A stretch of 64,000 nt of DNA from Candidatus Chisholmbacteria bacterium (GCA_963704905.1 CAVPHZ010000001.1:131438-195437); one strand, 5' to 3'; shown: positions 48,739 through 58,072, counted from the stretch's first letter. Translations and numbers: made by a program. The notes: a model not told the origin generated them from the letters alone.

Positions 48739-49467
48739 ATGAGCCGGTTTTTTGGAGGGGATAGTCAGTACTTAGTTCGGCAAAAGCAAAGACACAAACG
48801 AATATTGCTTCTTATCTTGATTGTTTCTCTTGCTATTTCAATTGCTATACCAATATTAAGTTTTCGTTATCGAAAGTTGCAGTATTTAAGTTATCCTCTT
48901 GCTGCATTTTCATTTGTTGGTTATCTTTGGATGAAAAAGACCGGCGACAAAAAGCTTCATTCAGCGCGCAGTTATGCAAAAGGAGCAAAAGGGGAAAAGA
49001 ACATTGGTTTGCTTTTACGCCGTTTGCCTGATGATTACCTTGTATTTCAAGATATCAAGCTTGAAAAAGATTCGGGAAATATCGATTTTGTAGTGGTCGG
49101 ACGCAAAGGCGTTTATGCAATAGAGGTCAAAAGCCATGCAGGAAATATCACGTATGAGAATGGACAGCTACTGCGGAATGGAAAATCATTGGAAACAGAT
49201 TTTCTCAAACAGACGATGAGTGAAGCCATGAATCTTCATGGTTTCTTATTAACAAAGTTGGGTAAAGACCTCTTTGTTTATCCAGTTCTTGTCTTCTCGC
49301 ATTGGAAAGCGCAAGTAAGATTTGGCGAAAAACCAATTGAGAAGGTTTACATTGTTCAATACCGCTGGCTGATAAATTTGATCACTGATCTAGAATCACA
49401 ATCTCACCACGCTCTTAATCAAGATGAGCTCAGCCAGATGCTAGAACCTCACCTCCATGAAGCTTGA
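48739..49467 (+). CDS. NERD (nuclease-related domain) protein with two N-terminal TM helices
   Basis: GAKGEK, NIDFVVVGRKGVYAIEVKSH. Confidence 0.9.
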   Translation: MSRFFGGDSQYLVRQKQRHKRILLLILIVSLAISIAIPILSFRYRKLQYLSYPLAAFSFVGYLWMKKTGDKKLHSARSYAKGAKGEKNIGLLLRRLPDDYLVFQDIKLEKDSGNIDFVVVGRKGVYAIEVKSHAGNITYENGQLLRNGKSLETDFLKQTMSEAMNLHGFLLTKLGKDLFVYPVLVFSHWKAQVRFGEKPIEKVYIVQYRWLINLITDLESQSHHALNQDELSQMLEPHLHEA

Positions 49468-49506
49468 CACACCAGGAGTGGAATTCTCTTGACACATCGA
49501 AGCGTT

Positions 49507-49519
49507 TTCTGAAAATTCT
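49507..49519 (+). repeat. Intergenic module-boundary repeat, copy 3
   Basis: acatcgaagcgtt-TTCTGAAAATTCT. Confidence 0.85.
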
Positions 49520-49622
49520 CTTTTTTCTTATCCTCTTCATATCTAAATGTACAAAGTGTTATATAATTTATACCCATATCTTGATATGGCTATAATCATG
49601 GTAAACTATACAGAATAACTTT

Positions 49623-49907
49623 ATGATGAAAGTTCGTTTCGAATGGGATGAAGAGAAAAATAGAATTAATAAACGAAAGCATAAAGTTTCGTTTCAGGAA
49701 GCTCAATACGCTTTTTTGGATCCGGACAGAATTATTGCTGAGGATAGACAACATAGTGATGACGAGAAACGATATTACTGTTTTGGTGAGGTGAAAGGAG
49801 GTGTGTTGACCGTTCGTTTCACCTATCGAAAAAATAAAATTAGAATTATCGGCGCCGGTTATTGGCGCCAGGGTAAAAAGATTTATGAAAAAGAACATAA
49901 ACTATAG
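49623..49907 (+). CDS. brnT: BrnT family toxin
   Basis: FEWDEEKNRINKRKHKVSF...HSDDEKRY...IRIIGA. Confidence 0.92.
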   Translation: MMKVRFEWDEEKNRINKRKHKVSFQEAQYAFLDPDRIIAEDRQHSDDEKRYYCFGEVKGGVLTVRFTYRKNKIRIIGAGYWRQGKKIYEKEHKL

Positions 49908-50109
49908 TGATGAGCCAATCAATGCGAAGGTGATTAAAGACTTTCTCCCTAAACCTGAAGACTTGGTCTTTAAAGAGGAAAAGGTGAAGGTCACGTTGTC
50001 ATTGTCGAAACGGAGTGTTGACTTTTTTAAGAAGGTTTCTCAGAGGCAAGGTACCGCCTATCAAGCTATGATTCGCAGGCTTCTCGATTACTACGTGGCT
50101 CAGCAGTAG
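49885..50109 (+). CDS. brnA: BrnA/CopG-like antitoxin
   Basis: DFLPKPEDL, KVTLSL...VDFFK...YQAMIRRLLD; overlaps brnT. Confidence 0.88.
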   Translation: MKKNINYSDEPINAKVIKDFLPKPEDLVFKEEKVKVTLSLSKRSVDFFKKVSQRQGTAYQAMIRRLLDYYVAQQ

Positions 50110-50146
50110 CTTTGACAGAAGAGATTTGAGTATTTACATCTTGTTT

Positions 50147-50159
50147 TTCTGAAAATTCT
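50147..50159 (+). repeat. Intergenic module-boundary repeat, copy 4
   Basis: acatcttgttt-TTCTGAAAATTCT. Confidence 0.85.
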
Positions 50160-50252
50160 GTCTTTTCTTTATTTCGCTTCTAATCTTAATTTAAGCTAGT
50201 ATATTTTTTTTATCTCCTATGTTTAATAGCTTATCGAGTATAATCGTGGTTA

Positions 50253-50771
50253 ATGCAGTATCTTGCGATTATTCGGGGAGCTCCAGCGAGTGGCAAGTCG
50301 ACGATTGCCAAGAAATTACGGGATTTTAAAAAACGCGTGGTTTGGCTTAAAGTCGATAACTTTAAAGATTTCTTTGTGGCTGAAGCAACGCTTACGGAAC
50401 AACGGTTTGTCGATGAGTGTGCTCTTGCTAGTTTGAACTACCTTTTGGATGAGGGTTTTTCTGTTGTCATGGAAAAAATCTTTTACGATACTTCTATCAT
50501 TCCGCTTGCAGTTGAAGCCGCAAAAAAACGAGGTATTCCTGTTCAAGTTTTTCAGCTTACTTGTCCTTTAAAGGCCCTTCAATCAAGAGACAGAAACAGG
50601 CCGGGAATAAAAGAAGGTTGTCGAAAGTTGATGGGAGATGAGGTAATTGCGAAGATTTATGCTCAGCTTGAAAAAACATTTTATCCCGGTGCTTTTTCTT
50701 TGGATACGGAGAAATATTTGATTGAAGAGTGCATAGCAATCATCCATAAAAAATTAAGGATGAAAAATTAA
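50253..50771 (+). CDS. P-loop small-molecule kinase (AAA_33/CPT-like)
   Basis: IIRGAPASGKSTIAK; RxxxR lid motif RDRNR. Confidence 0.85.
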   Translation: MQYLAIIRGAPASGKSTIAKKLRDFKKRVVWLKVDNFKDFFVAEATLTEQRFVDECALASLNYLLDEGFSVVMEKIFYDTSIIPLAVEAAKKRGIPVQVFQLTCPLKALQSRDRNRPGIKEGCRKLMGDEVIAKIYAQLEKTFYPGAFSLDTEKYLIEECIAIIHKKLRMKN

Positions 50772-50831
50772 CCTCTTTTACCTGTTGAGATCGTTCTAGT
50801 TATCTCCTATGGTTTCTTTAATTCTCGTCAC

Positions 50832-50844
50832 TTCTGAAATTTCT
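50832..50844 (+). repeat. Intergenic module-boundary repeat, copy 5
   Basis: attctcgtcac-TTCTGAAATTTCT. Confidence 0.85.
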
Positions 50845-50898
50845 GTCTTTAGGATGTTTTATATCTTTTTATCTGGTTCTGTCTGGTAAAATTCACTT

Positions 50899-51486
50899 GT
50901 GAAAAAGAAGACCCGCATCGCTTGGCAAAGCAGAGAACCAAAGTTTCCCAAACAAGGACTGGTGGTTGCTGTCTGGCTGCAGGGACCTGATATGGATCAG
51001 GCATTCCCGCTGCCTCTTTCGCTGCTAATTTCTGATCTTGGTCTTGTTCATGATTATGTGCTTACCTTTAAAAAGGAGGTTCGGATGCGGGATGCAAAGA
51101 TTTCTTTCTTGGATGATGTGCTTTTACAAACCGTTGAGTTTGACCGGCTGGTCCCGCTGAGACGCGTGTATTGGCAATCGCCAACCGTCCATGTTGATGG
51201 GATGCAGCGCATGAGCGTTTTTACAAAAATGTTCCGCCATTTTTCTTTTTATCAGCTCCTGGTTACACCCAATGAGTTTGTGGGTGAGCTTGAGACCTTT
51301 TCGGTTGGCTTTCCGTTTTTGACGACTTCTGTTGACACGATTTTGGATCCATTTTTACGCAGTTCAGATCTCTCGGTTGATCCAACCGCTAAACACGCCG
51401 CGCTCTACGTACCGCAAGAACCTGTTGGCTACAATTGGATAAAACATGAATATGTAAAGAAAAGCCGTGTATCAAATAAGAAATAA
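50899..51486 (+). CDS. Hypothetical protein
   Basis: 195-aa ORF; TGgTAAAAT 6 nt before GTG. Confidence 0.65.
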   Translation: MKKKTRIAWQSREPKFPKQGLVVAVWLQGPDMDQAFPLPLSLLISDLGLVHDYVLTFKKEVRMRDAKISFLDDVLLQTVEFDRLVPLRRVYWQSPTVHVDGMQRMSVFTKMFRHFSFYQLLVTPNEFVGELETFSVGFPFLTTSVDTILDPFLRSSDLSVDPTAKHAALYVPQEPVGYNWIKHEYVKKSRVSNKK

Positions 51487-51518
51487 TCTGAAAGCTAATG
51501 TTTTCTGGATTTGGTTTC

Positions 51519-51531
51519 TTCTGAAATTTCT
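51519..51531 (+). repeat. Intergenic module-boundary repeat, copy 6
   Basis: gatttggtttc-TTCTGAAATTTCT. Confidence 0.85.
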
Positions 51532-51566
51532 CGCTTTTGTTTTTTCTTAACTGATATACTGTTTAT

Positions 51567-52032
51567 ATGGAAAAAGACATTGAGAAACTGGTTACTGTAT
51601 TAAAAGACTCCGCGAAGAAGGTGTATGCGGAGCTGGGGCCAGGGTGGAAAGAGGAAATCTATCAAAAGGCGATGGAGGTGGCGCTGCGGCATGAGAGTAT
51701 TTTGTACGAAACACAGCGAATTCTCCCCATTACGTTTTCCGATCATGTCATTGGAGAAGCAATTCCTGACTTGGTTCTTTGGATAACTCGTAGAGGAGAA
51801 GAAAATTGCCTTTGTCGTTGACTTGAAGGCGGAACCGGGTCTCAAGGAAGAGCATGGCGTCCAAGTTCAACGGTATATTCAAGAACTGCGGAAACAAGTC
51901 CATCAGAAAAAGCATGAAGTGTATGCAAAAGGATTAGTGATTAACTTCGTGAAGGAAAAAACCAGCAAAAAGCTCCCTGAGGAAGAGTTTGAAGACCTCA
52001 ATGGCGTGCAGGTTTTGGAAGTCGAGGCATAG
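51567..52032 (+). CDS. GxxExxY family PD-(D/E)XK protein, frameshifted near 51795
   Basis: LGPGWKEEIYQ, PDLV; second frame FVVDLKA...QVQRY...GLVINF. Confidence 0.85.
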
Positions 52033-52062
52033 CCTTCTTCTGACAGTCTCAGTGATATTCGT

Positions 52063-52692
52063 CTATAGTTCTAGAATGTCCTTTTCTCCGCTGGGCTCGT
52101 TAATTTGCAGCCTTAGGTTGGCGTCTGATTCGTTGATAGCAAATCCAACTCGTGTGAATTTATCACTATTTGACTCCAACTCCACCGGGTCATTGTGTAT
52201 GTCGGGGGCCACCCAGTTTTCTTGGTTGTTGACCGACAATCGTATGTAATCTTTGGTGTTAACGTTTGTAATCGCATCATTGTTGGAATTGAGTTTGAGA
52301 TTGACTATTAAAAACTCTCTGCCTGATACTGCAGTTGCTCTTTTTCCCTGAACGATTACTTCATTTATTCTTTGATAATCTACGAGTGTGATTTTTATTT
52401 CTCCTGCTGTTTCGCCATTGTCGTCTGTGATGGGGAAGACGTACTCTTTGTTTATGTCTGTCGGTTGCGGCTTTTGCGTTGGTGCGGCAGTTGTTATAGG
52501 AGTGATTGTTGGAACGAGCGATACCTCTTCCTCTGCGGTTTGATTTTCCTGTGACATTGATTTAAATGCTTGAAGTTGACCAAACAAATAAAATGCTAGT
52601 CCCGAAGTAGCGATGAGTAGCAGGAGCAGAATAAAGACGAGTATCCAGGCGAAATTGCTTGCTTGCCTTTCACCTTGTTTTACTTCTTCCAT
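52063..52692 (-). CDS. Membrane-anchored Ig-like (DUF4352-like) surface protein
   Basis: TM, Thr/Pro linker, GKRATAVSGREFLIVNLKL, APDIHNDPVE; paralog of 55539-56186. Confidence 0.7.
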   Translation of the reverse strand: MEEVKQGERQASNFAWILVFILLLLLIATSGLAFYLFGQLQAFKSMSQENQTAEEEVSLVPTITPITTAAPTQKPQPTDINKEYVFPITDDNGETAGEIKITLVDYQRINEVIVQGKRATAVSGREFLIVNLKLNSNNDAITNVNTKDYIRLSVNNQENWVAPDIHNDPVELESNSDKFTRVGFAINESDANLRLQINEPSGEKDILEL

Positions 52693-52766
52693 CTATTGTT
52701 TCTCAAATATATTTGGGCGAATTCTAACATAAATGATCTATTAATTTAGAATGGGCATTTACTCTT

Positions 52767-52779
52767 TTCTGAAAATTCT
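52767..52779 (+). repeat. Intergenic module-boundary repeat, copy 7
   Basis: catttactctt-TTCTGAAAATTCT. Confidence 0.85.
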
Positions 52780-52860
52780 ATTTTTTCTTTCCGATTTTGA
52801 TTTTTACTTAATATTGCTGTCTTGGTTTATTCCGGGACTGAAAAGGGCTACCATGGAGGT

Positions 52861-53204
52861 ATGGAGAATTCTCTTTCCTGCTTTCAATGCCACACTGAAG
52901 TTCACGAGGGTGATTATTTTTGTTCAAACTGCGGAAAAACCTTAAACCCGCACCTCCGTCTACCTCTGTGGAAAGGCAGATCTGATTGTACTTGGGAAGC
53001 TTTCTTCTCCCCCCTTTCGGGATCTTCTGGGGTCTGCGATACCTTCGACAGCCGGATACACAATCGAGGAAAGTTGGGATCATTGCCATTGGGCTGACGA
53101 GTGTTGCACTGCTGTTGGCTGTTAAGCTGACGGTGGATTTGATTGCCATGGTGAATGGAGTCAATTCGCAGTACATGCAGGAACTTCAACAGCTTGGTTA
53201 CTAA
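52861..53204 (+). pseudogene. Zinc-ribbon plus two-TM protein, disrupted by a frameshift and an in-frame TGA
   Basis: CFQC...YFCSNCGK, shift near 52945 to PAPPSTSVERQI*LYLGSFLLPPFGIFWG; SD GGAGG. Confidence 0.65.
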
Positions 53205-53316
53205 GGTGTTTACTTTAAATTCCAGCTCATTATTTTTACGCTGACAATCGATCACTTTAATACATGCTTGAGCGTACTGCATAGGACCGTGATTAATTAA
53301 TGCCGGGGTTAGCTGT

Positions 53317-54258
53317 TTATGTCGCGTCGGGAGTTTCGAGTTCGATCTGGATATGCTTGGCTTGCGGCACTTCGTCTTTTATTTTTTGCTCAATTCGATC
53401 AATTAAATTCTCAATGCTATCTGTGGTTAACTCGTCGGAGAGGTGGACTTCGATGTTGACAATGAGGGTGTCCGGCCCGATGATGACCGTTCGAAGGTCT
53501 AAGACACTGGTGACTTCGGGAAATGATTTTGTCAAGGCTTTGATGGTTTCCTCGGTCTCCGGCATGGCCGACTGGCCGACCAAGAGCTCCTTTGCCCCCT
53601 TCAATATCAATACGGCAAAAAAGGCAAGCGTCAGACCAACTGCCATGGCCCCTACCCCGTCGAAGCGGAGATCTCCCGTGAGGCTATAGAACAGAAGAGC
53701 AAGCAAGCCAAGGATCGAGGCGACCATCCCCATGAGATCTTGAATAAATGACAACTTGGTTTCGATGCGGGCTGAATGAAGAAAGGTCTTCCGCAGCCGA
53801 GAAAAACTTTTTTTTCCGAGTAGGCGCTTGTAGCTCAAGGTAAACGCGTAGCCGTTGGTGAGAATGGCAACGGCGAGGGCGGCGAAGGCGAAGGGTATGT
53901 ACTCGATCGGCTCCGGATGCAGGAACCGTTGAAGGCCCCAGTAGAACGACAAGGCAGCGGTGATGGAAAACGTGGTAAGGCCTGAAATAAACGTCCAGAA
54001 GTACATTTCTCTTCCGTAACCGTAGGGGTGTTTGCGGTCGGCCGGTTGCTTCGAGCGTTTCATTCCGATGAGCAGAAGGCCTGAGGAAAGAAGGTCGGCT
54101 GTTCCCTGCAGTGCTTGTGAGAGCATGGTGACGCTGCCGGAAAAAATGGCGACCACGACGTTAATCATCACATCAGAGATATCGACAACAAATGAGGTGA
54201 TCAGCACACGTTCCAGGGTTATGATTTCAGGTTTCTTTTTCTCGTCCATAATTGTCAA
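53317..54258 (-). CDS. Cation diffusion facilitator family transporter
   Basis: PADRKHPYGYGREMYFW, FDGVGA, C-terminal ZT dimer domain. Confidence 0.92.
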   Translation of the reverse strand: MTIMDEKKKPEIITLERVLITSFVVDISDVMINVVVAIFSGSVTMLSQALQGTADLLSSGLLLIGMKRSKQPADRKHPYGYGREMYFWTFISGLTTFSITAALSFYWGLQRFLHPEPIEYIPFAFAALAVAILTNGYAFTLSYKRLLGKKSFSRLRKTFLHSARIETKLSFIQDLMGMVASILGLLALLFYSLTGDLRFDGVGAMAVGLTLAFFAVLILKGAKELLVGQSAMPETEETIKALTKSFPEVTSVLDLRTVIIGPDTLIVNIEVHLSDELTTDSIENLIDRIEQKIKDEVPQAKHIQIELETPDAT

Positions 54259-54412
54259 GTATAACAGGTATGGAATGCTATTAACTAACTCTTTTTCAAA
54301 GGTCTTCCTCTTCTAAAATCATATCTGCCATATGATACTTCAAGAGCACTACATTTTTGGGAATTTTTATTATTAGAAAGGGATTTCACTATTCCGCTAT
54401 AATTTGCCGAGG

Positions 54413-55535
54413 ATGAAAAAAGCTGTTCTTCTCATTATTGTTTTTGGAATTCTGGTTGGCGGAGGTGTGTTTATTTATATTAATATGCCGGATCCTCCGC
54501 TGGAGACGAAGTTTGTCCAGCAAGTGAGAAACCAGGAGATTATCGATAACGAGCAGGGACATTTTGAACCTGATGAACTGCAGGCAACTTTTAAGCAACC
54601 CGGAGATTTTGCACTTCTTACTAATCCCAAGCATACCTATCAAACATTTAACAATTGCGGACCGGCGACACTCTCGATGATCCTTTCCTGGTTTGGAGTT
54701 GATGCTACACAAAAGGAGCTGGGAGATAAGATGCGGCCGTATCAACATCCCAAAGGTGATAATGATGACAAAACCATTTTTACCTATGAATTCGTTGGTT
54801 GGGCTCAGGAGTATGGTCTTTCCGCGTTCCGCGGTGTCAATGGTGACATTGAGCTGCTCAAGACATTTACTGCAAATGGTATTCCGGTTGTGGTGAAAAC
54901 CTGGCTGAATGTAAATGATGATATCGGACATTTCCGCGTGGTACGTGGTTTTGACCAGCAGCGTCAAGTGATTATCCAAGATGACTCGTACCATGGAAAA
55001 GATAAACGGATTTCCTATTTTGATTTCTTAAGCATGTGGCAGCCATTTAACTATGATTATGTGGTTGTTTATCCGAAGGACATGGAGGATACAGTCATGG
55101 CAATCCTTGGTGACGAAGTTGATCAACAGGTTGCTTGGCAGCATGCATTAACCCGTGCGCAAGAAGAGCAAAAACTTGACCCTGAAAATCCGTATCCCGG
55201 TTTTAATATCTCGACCAGTGCCTACCATCTGAATGATTATCAACAATCAGCGAGTGCATATGAATCTGTTGAAGATCGGCTACCCAGACGCATGCTGTGG
55301 TATCAAATTGAACCGATTCAAGCCTACCAACAGCTGGGAAATTACGAGCGGGTGTTCGCCATCATTGATCGAGGTGTTAACTGATGGGAACCGGGCTTTT
55401 TCGGAGCTGTATCTTATCCGTGGAGAAATCTATGTCGCTCAAGGTGAAGTTGAGAAGGCGCGGAAAGAATTTGAACAGGCTATTGAGTACAACAGTAACT
55501 TTCAGAAGGCAAAAGACGCTTTAGCTGAGCTGTGA
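54413..55535 (+). CDS. C39-like cysteine peptidase with C-terminal TPR, frameshifted near 55370
   Basis: QTFNNCGPAT, GHFRVVRGFD, QDDSY; TPR tail AFSELYLIRGEIY...AIEYNSNF in the second frame. Confidence 0.85.
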
Positions 55536-55538
55536 TCA

Positions 55539-56186
55539 TTAATACGTTTCAAGGACAAGCTGGTCTTTATCCCCTTCCAGTTCGCCAACGTATAAGATCA
55601 AGTTGGTATCCGTTTCGTTGATTGAAAATGCCATGCGGACACTTTTCGTCGACTTCGGCTGGATTTCGACCGGATCACTATGAAACTCTGGGGCTAACAG
55701 TTTTTCTTGTTCATTGACTCTGAGTCTGAGATAGTCGCGTGCATTAATTTGAATGGCTCTGTTGAATTGATTGGTCAGCTCAATATTGATGACGACAAGT
55801 TCTTTCCCTTCTATTGTTGTAGCTTTGCCACCAGCAATTGTTACCTCATTTGTTCTTTCATAATTAGTTACAACAAAAAGGAGTTGGCTCACCGTTTCTC
55901 CGGATGCATTCCTCAGCGGGAAGGAATATTGTTTATTTATCAGCCGAACTGCCGGGGTTGGTGAAGGGATAATGGTTGGCGTGGGAAGGGAGGGTGTGGA
56001 GATTCCGCTGTTTGATCTGTCTGATACTGACTTGCTGTTTCGGTTTTGCTCGTTTAAGAGATACAAGATGATTCCTACCGTGATGATGAGTAAAGTTAGC
56101 AGAATAGCGACAATTACCCAAGGTAAATTGTTTTCTTTTTGATCACTTAGATGTTGATTCTGGTTTGCGGGTTCTGATCCATCCAT
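55539..56186 (-). CDS. Membrane-anchored Ig-like (DUF4352-like) surface protein
   Basis: TM, PTPT linker, GGKATTIEGKELVVINIEL, APEFHSDPVEIQP. Confidence 0.7.
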   Translation of the reverse strand: MDGSEPANQNQHLSDQKENNLPWVIVAILLTLLIITVGIILYLLNEQNRNSKSVSDRSNSGISTPSLPTPTIIPSPTPAVRLINKQYSFPLRNASGETVSQLLFVVTNYERTNEVTIAGGKATTIEGKELVVINIELTNQFNRAIQINARDYLRLRVNEQEKLLAPEFHSDPVEIQPKSTKSVRMAFSINETDTNLILYVGELEGDKDQLVLETY

Positions 56187-56298
56187 ACACTAATTTAGAC
56201 GTACAGCGGGATTTTAGTACTTTACCTGATTACTTGCAAAGATACTGCTTGTTTATATGAACGTGTTATTTAATTGGAGTGTTGTGTAAGATTAATTT

Positions 56299-56829
56299 AT
56301 GAACCAGCGAAAGGTTTCTTGGTTCGCCTTTATCCCTGTAGCCTGGCTGATGTGGGGGGTACTGCAATGGTACATTGCAACCGGACGAGGTGTGGATTGG
56401 TTTGTGCTCATCCCTGTTGTTTGGGTCACTATCAAGTCTTATATCAGCCTCATCTCAAGAAAAGCAGAGATCCGCTTGTTTCTCTCAGTTATTGTTGTAT
56501 CGTTTATGCTCTACTTTGGACTCATTTCCGTGTTTGGATTTATCGATCAGTTCCTGGCACAGGAAACGACACCGCTGACTATTTCATGGCTGCGCTATCC
56601 AGTTGTAAAGGCGGTTTTTCTTCTGCTTGCAGATGTATTGATCACTCGCGCAATAAACACGTTTGAGCTGTTGAAGCATGCGCAGGAAGAATCTATTGCA
56701 TATGCAATTCTTTATGCTTTCGGTTTGGGGATCGTTTTAATTTGTTTGCTGTTGGTCTATTTATTCCTACTTATTTTCCAGTATGTTCTTTTTCGTGTAG
56801 GTATATGGAAGCCGTCATGGACAGTTTGA
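56299..56829 (+). CDS. Hypothetical multi-TM membrane protein
   Basis: 176-aa hydrophobic ORF. Confidence 0.6.
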   Translation: MNQRKVSWFAFIPVAWLMWGVLQWYIATGRGVDWFVLIPVVWVTIKSYISLISRKAEIRLFLSVIVVSFMLYFGLISVFGFIDQFLAQETTPLTISWLRYPVVKAVFLLLADVLITRAINTFELLKHAQEESIAYAILYAFGLGIVLICLLLVYLFLLIFQYVLFRVGIWKPSWTV

Positions 56830-56929
56830 AATGCACTCCCGTTATGTGATCTCTATGACAGCCAGTTCTCATGGAATTCTTCACGATCATCTGTATAATA
56901 ACGGGGTTATTGGCATTTGAGGGAAGGAG

Positions 56930-57349
56930 GTGAAACGTATGAATATTTTAAAAACACTAGGTTCTGCTGTTGTGCTCAGCCTAATTCTCTCGGGATGTAC
57001 TTTATTTACTCAAACTCCACAAACTACACCTCAAGAAGGTAATCAAATGATGGATGAAAGTAAAGATGCTACTTCTGGAGCTATGGTGGAAGAGACAAAA
57101 ACATTCACGATGGCTGAAGTTGCTGAGCATGACAGTCAAGATGATTGTTGGCTGTTGATTGAAGGAAAAGTCTATGATGCAAATCCATTTATCGAGAGTC
57201 AAAAACATCCAGGCGGAGCAGCTATTATTCAAGGATGTGGAATTGATGCTACAGAACTCTTTACTAACCGACCAAATGGCAGCGGTACTCACTCAGAGCA
57301 AGCTCGCAGCTTTTTACCGAATTTTTATATCGGTGATTTAGCTGAGTAA
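56930..57349 (+). CDS. Cytochrome b5-like heme-binding lipoprotein
   Basis: Lipobox LSGC; VAEHDSQDDCWLLIEGKVYD, HPGG, CGIDAT, HS, YIG. Confidence 0.9.
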   Translation: MKRMNILKTLGSAVVLSLILSGCTLFTQTPQTTPQEGNQMMDESKDATSGAMVEETKTFTMAEVAEHDSQDDCWLLIEGKVYDANPFIESQKHPGGAAIIQGCGIDATELFTNRPNGSGTHSEQARSFLPNFYIGDLAE

Positions 57350-57352
57350 CAC

Positions 57353-57979
57353 TTATCCGTTTCTGTTGAAGCTAAATATGTTTCGAATTGATTGGAGTAG
57401 ATTCGAAAGTATACTTTTTAATTCATTCAGTATACTGCGTTGTTCTTGTACTTCTTTTTTCAATTCTTTTACATCATTCTTAAGTGTATCCAGCTCCTCA
57501 TCTGACTGAGTTGTTTGATCTGAGCTATCTCCATCTTGAGCTGGTTTGGAACCAGGCGATTCAGCGACTGTTGGTTGATTTGTCGACGGATCAAAGTAAA
57601 TATTCACTACATGAGAATCTTTTGGACCCCCTTCATTAAGCAAGTCTACATACAACTCGTATTGTCCTTCAGTTGCAGAGTAACATTGACCATATATTTT
57701 TCCATTTTCATCGGTCACAGATTGCGCTGTGTTGCAGTATTGACCAGAATTGCTGTTCCAGATACCAAACTTGGCTGGTTGTCCCTGCTTTGGGAACTTA
57801 CTTTCTGGTCCTTCCCCTGGAATGTAATCGAAAATTATTGCGGAGACGCTCACACTCTTTTCTCCTGCAACACCTCTATTTTGAACCTGAAGTTCAATTC
57901 CACCTCCACCTGCGTACACGATTGAGGAAAATACTATAAAAATGAAAGTAAAAATGAGAATAATGCTTTTTATCTTCAT
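57353..57979 (-). CDS. Secreted hypothetical protein (Ig-like domain plus coiled coil)
   Basis: Signal peptide, VTDENGK, C-terminal heptad repeats. Confidence 0.6.
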   Translation of the reverse strand: MKIKSIILIFTFIFIVFSSIVYAGGGGIELQVQNRGVAGEKSVSVSAIIFDYIPGEGPESKFPKQGQPAKFGIWNSNSGQYCNTAQSVTDENGKIYGQCYSATEGQYELYVDLLNEGGPKDSHVVNIYFDPSTNQPTVAESPGSKPAQDGDSSDQTTQSDEELDTLKNDVKELKKEVQEQRSILNELKSILSNLLQSIRNIFSFNRNG

Positions 57980-58072
57980 CGGACTATTCAGTTTAGATTG
58001 TTATATCAGTACCATTATACTATTCTGCTCAAGTTTTAACTGGATTTTTGCTGCATGCTACAATGCTTCACT

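Noticed and set aside
47186-52779. CRISPR array interpretation of the 13-bp repeats
   Set aside because: Repeats are too short and the intervening segments are 0.6-1.5 kb whole genes; no cas1/cas2 in the window
52980-52990. In-frame TGA as evidence of recoding (code 25 or selenocysteine)
   Set aside because: TGA terminates many intact genes in this window and the same gene also has a frameshift
54389-54994. 201-aa minus-strand ORF and similar antisense ORFs in the track
   Set aside because: Shadow ORFs opposite well-supported genes, with no motifs
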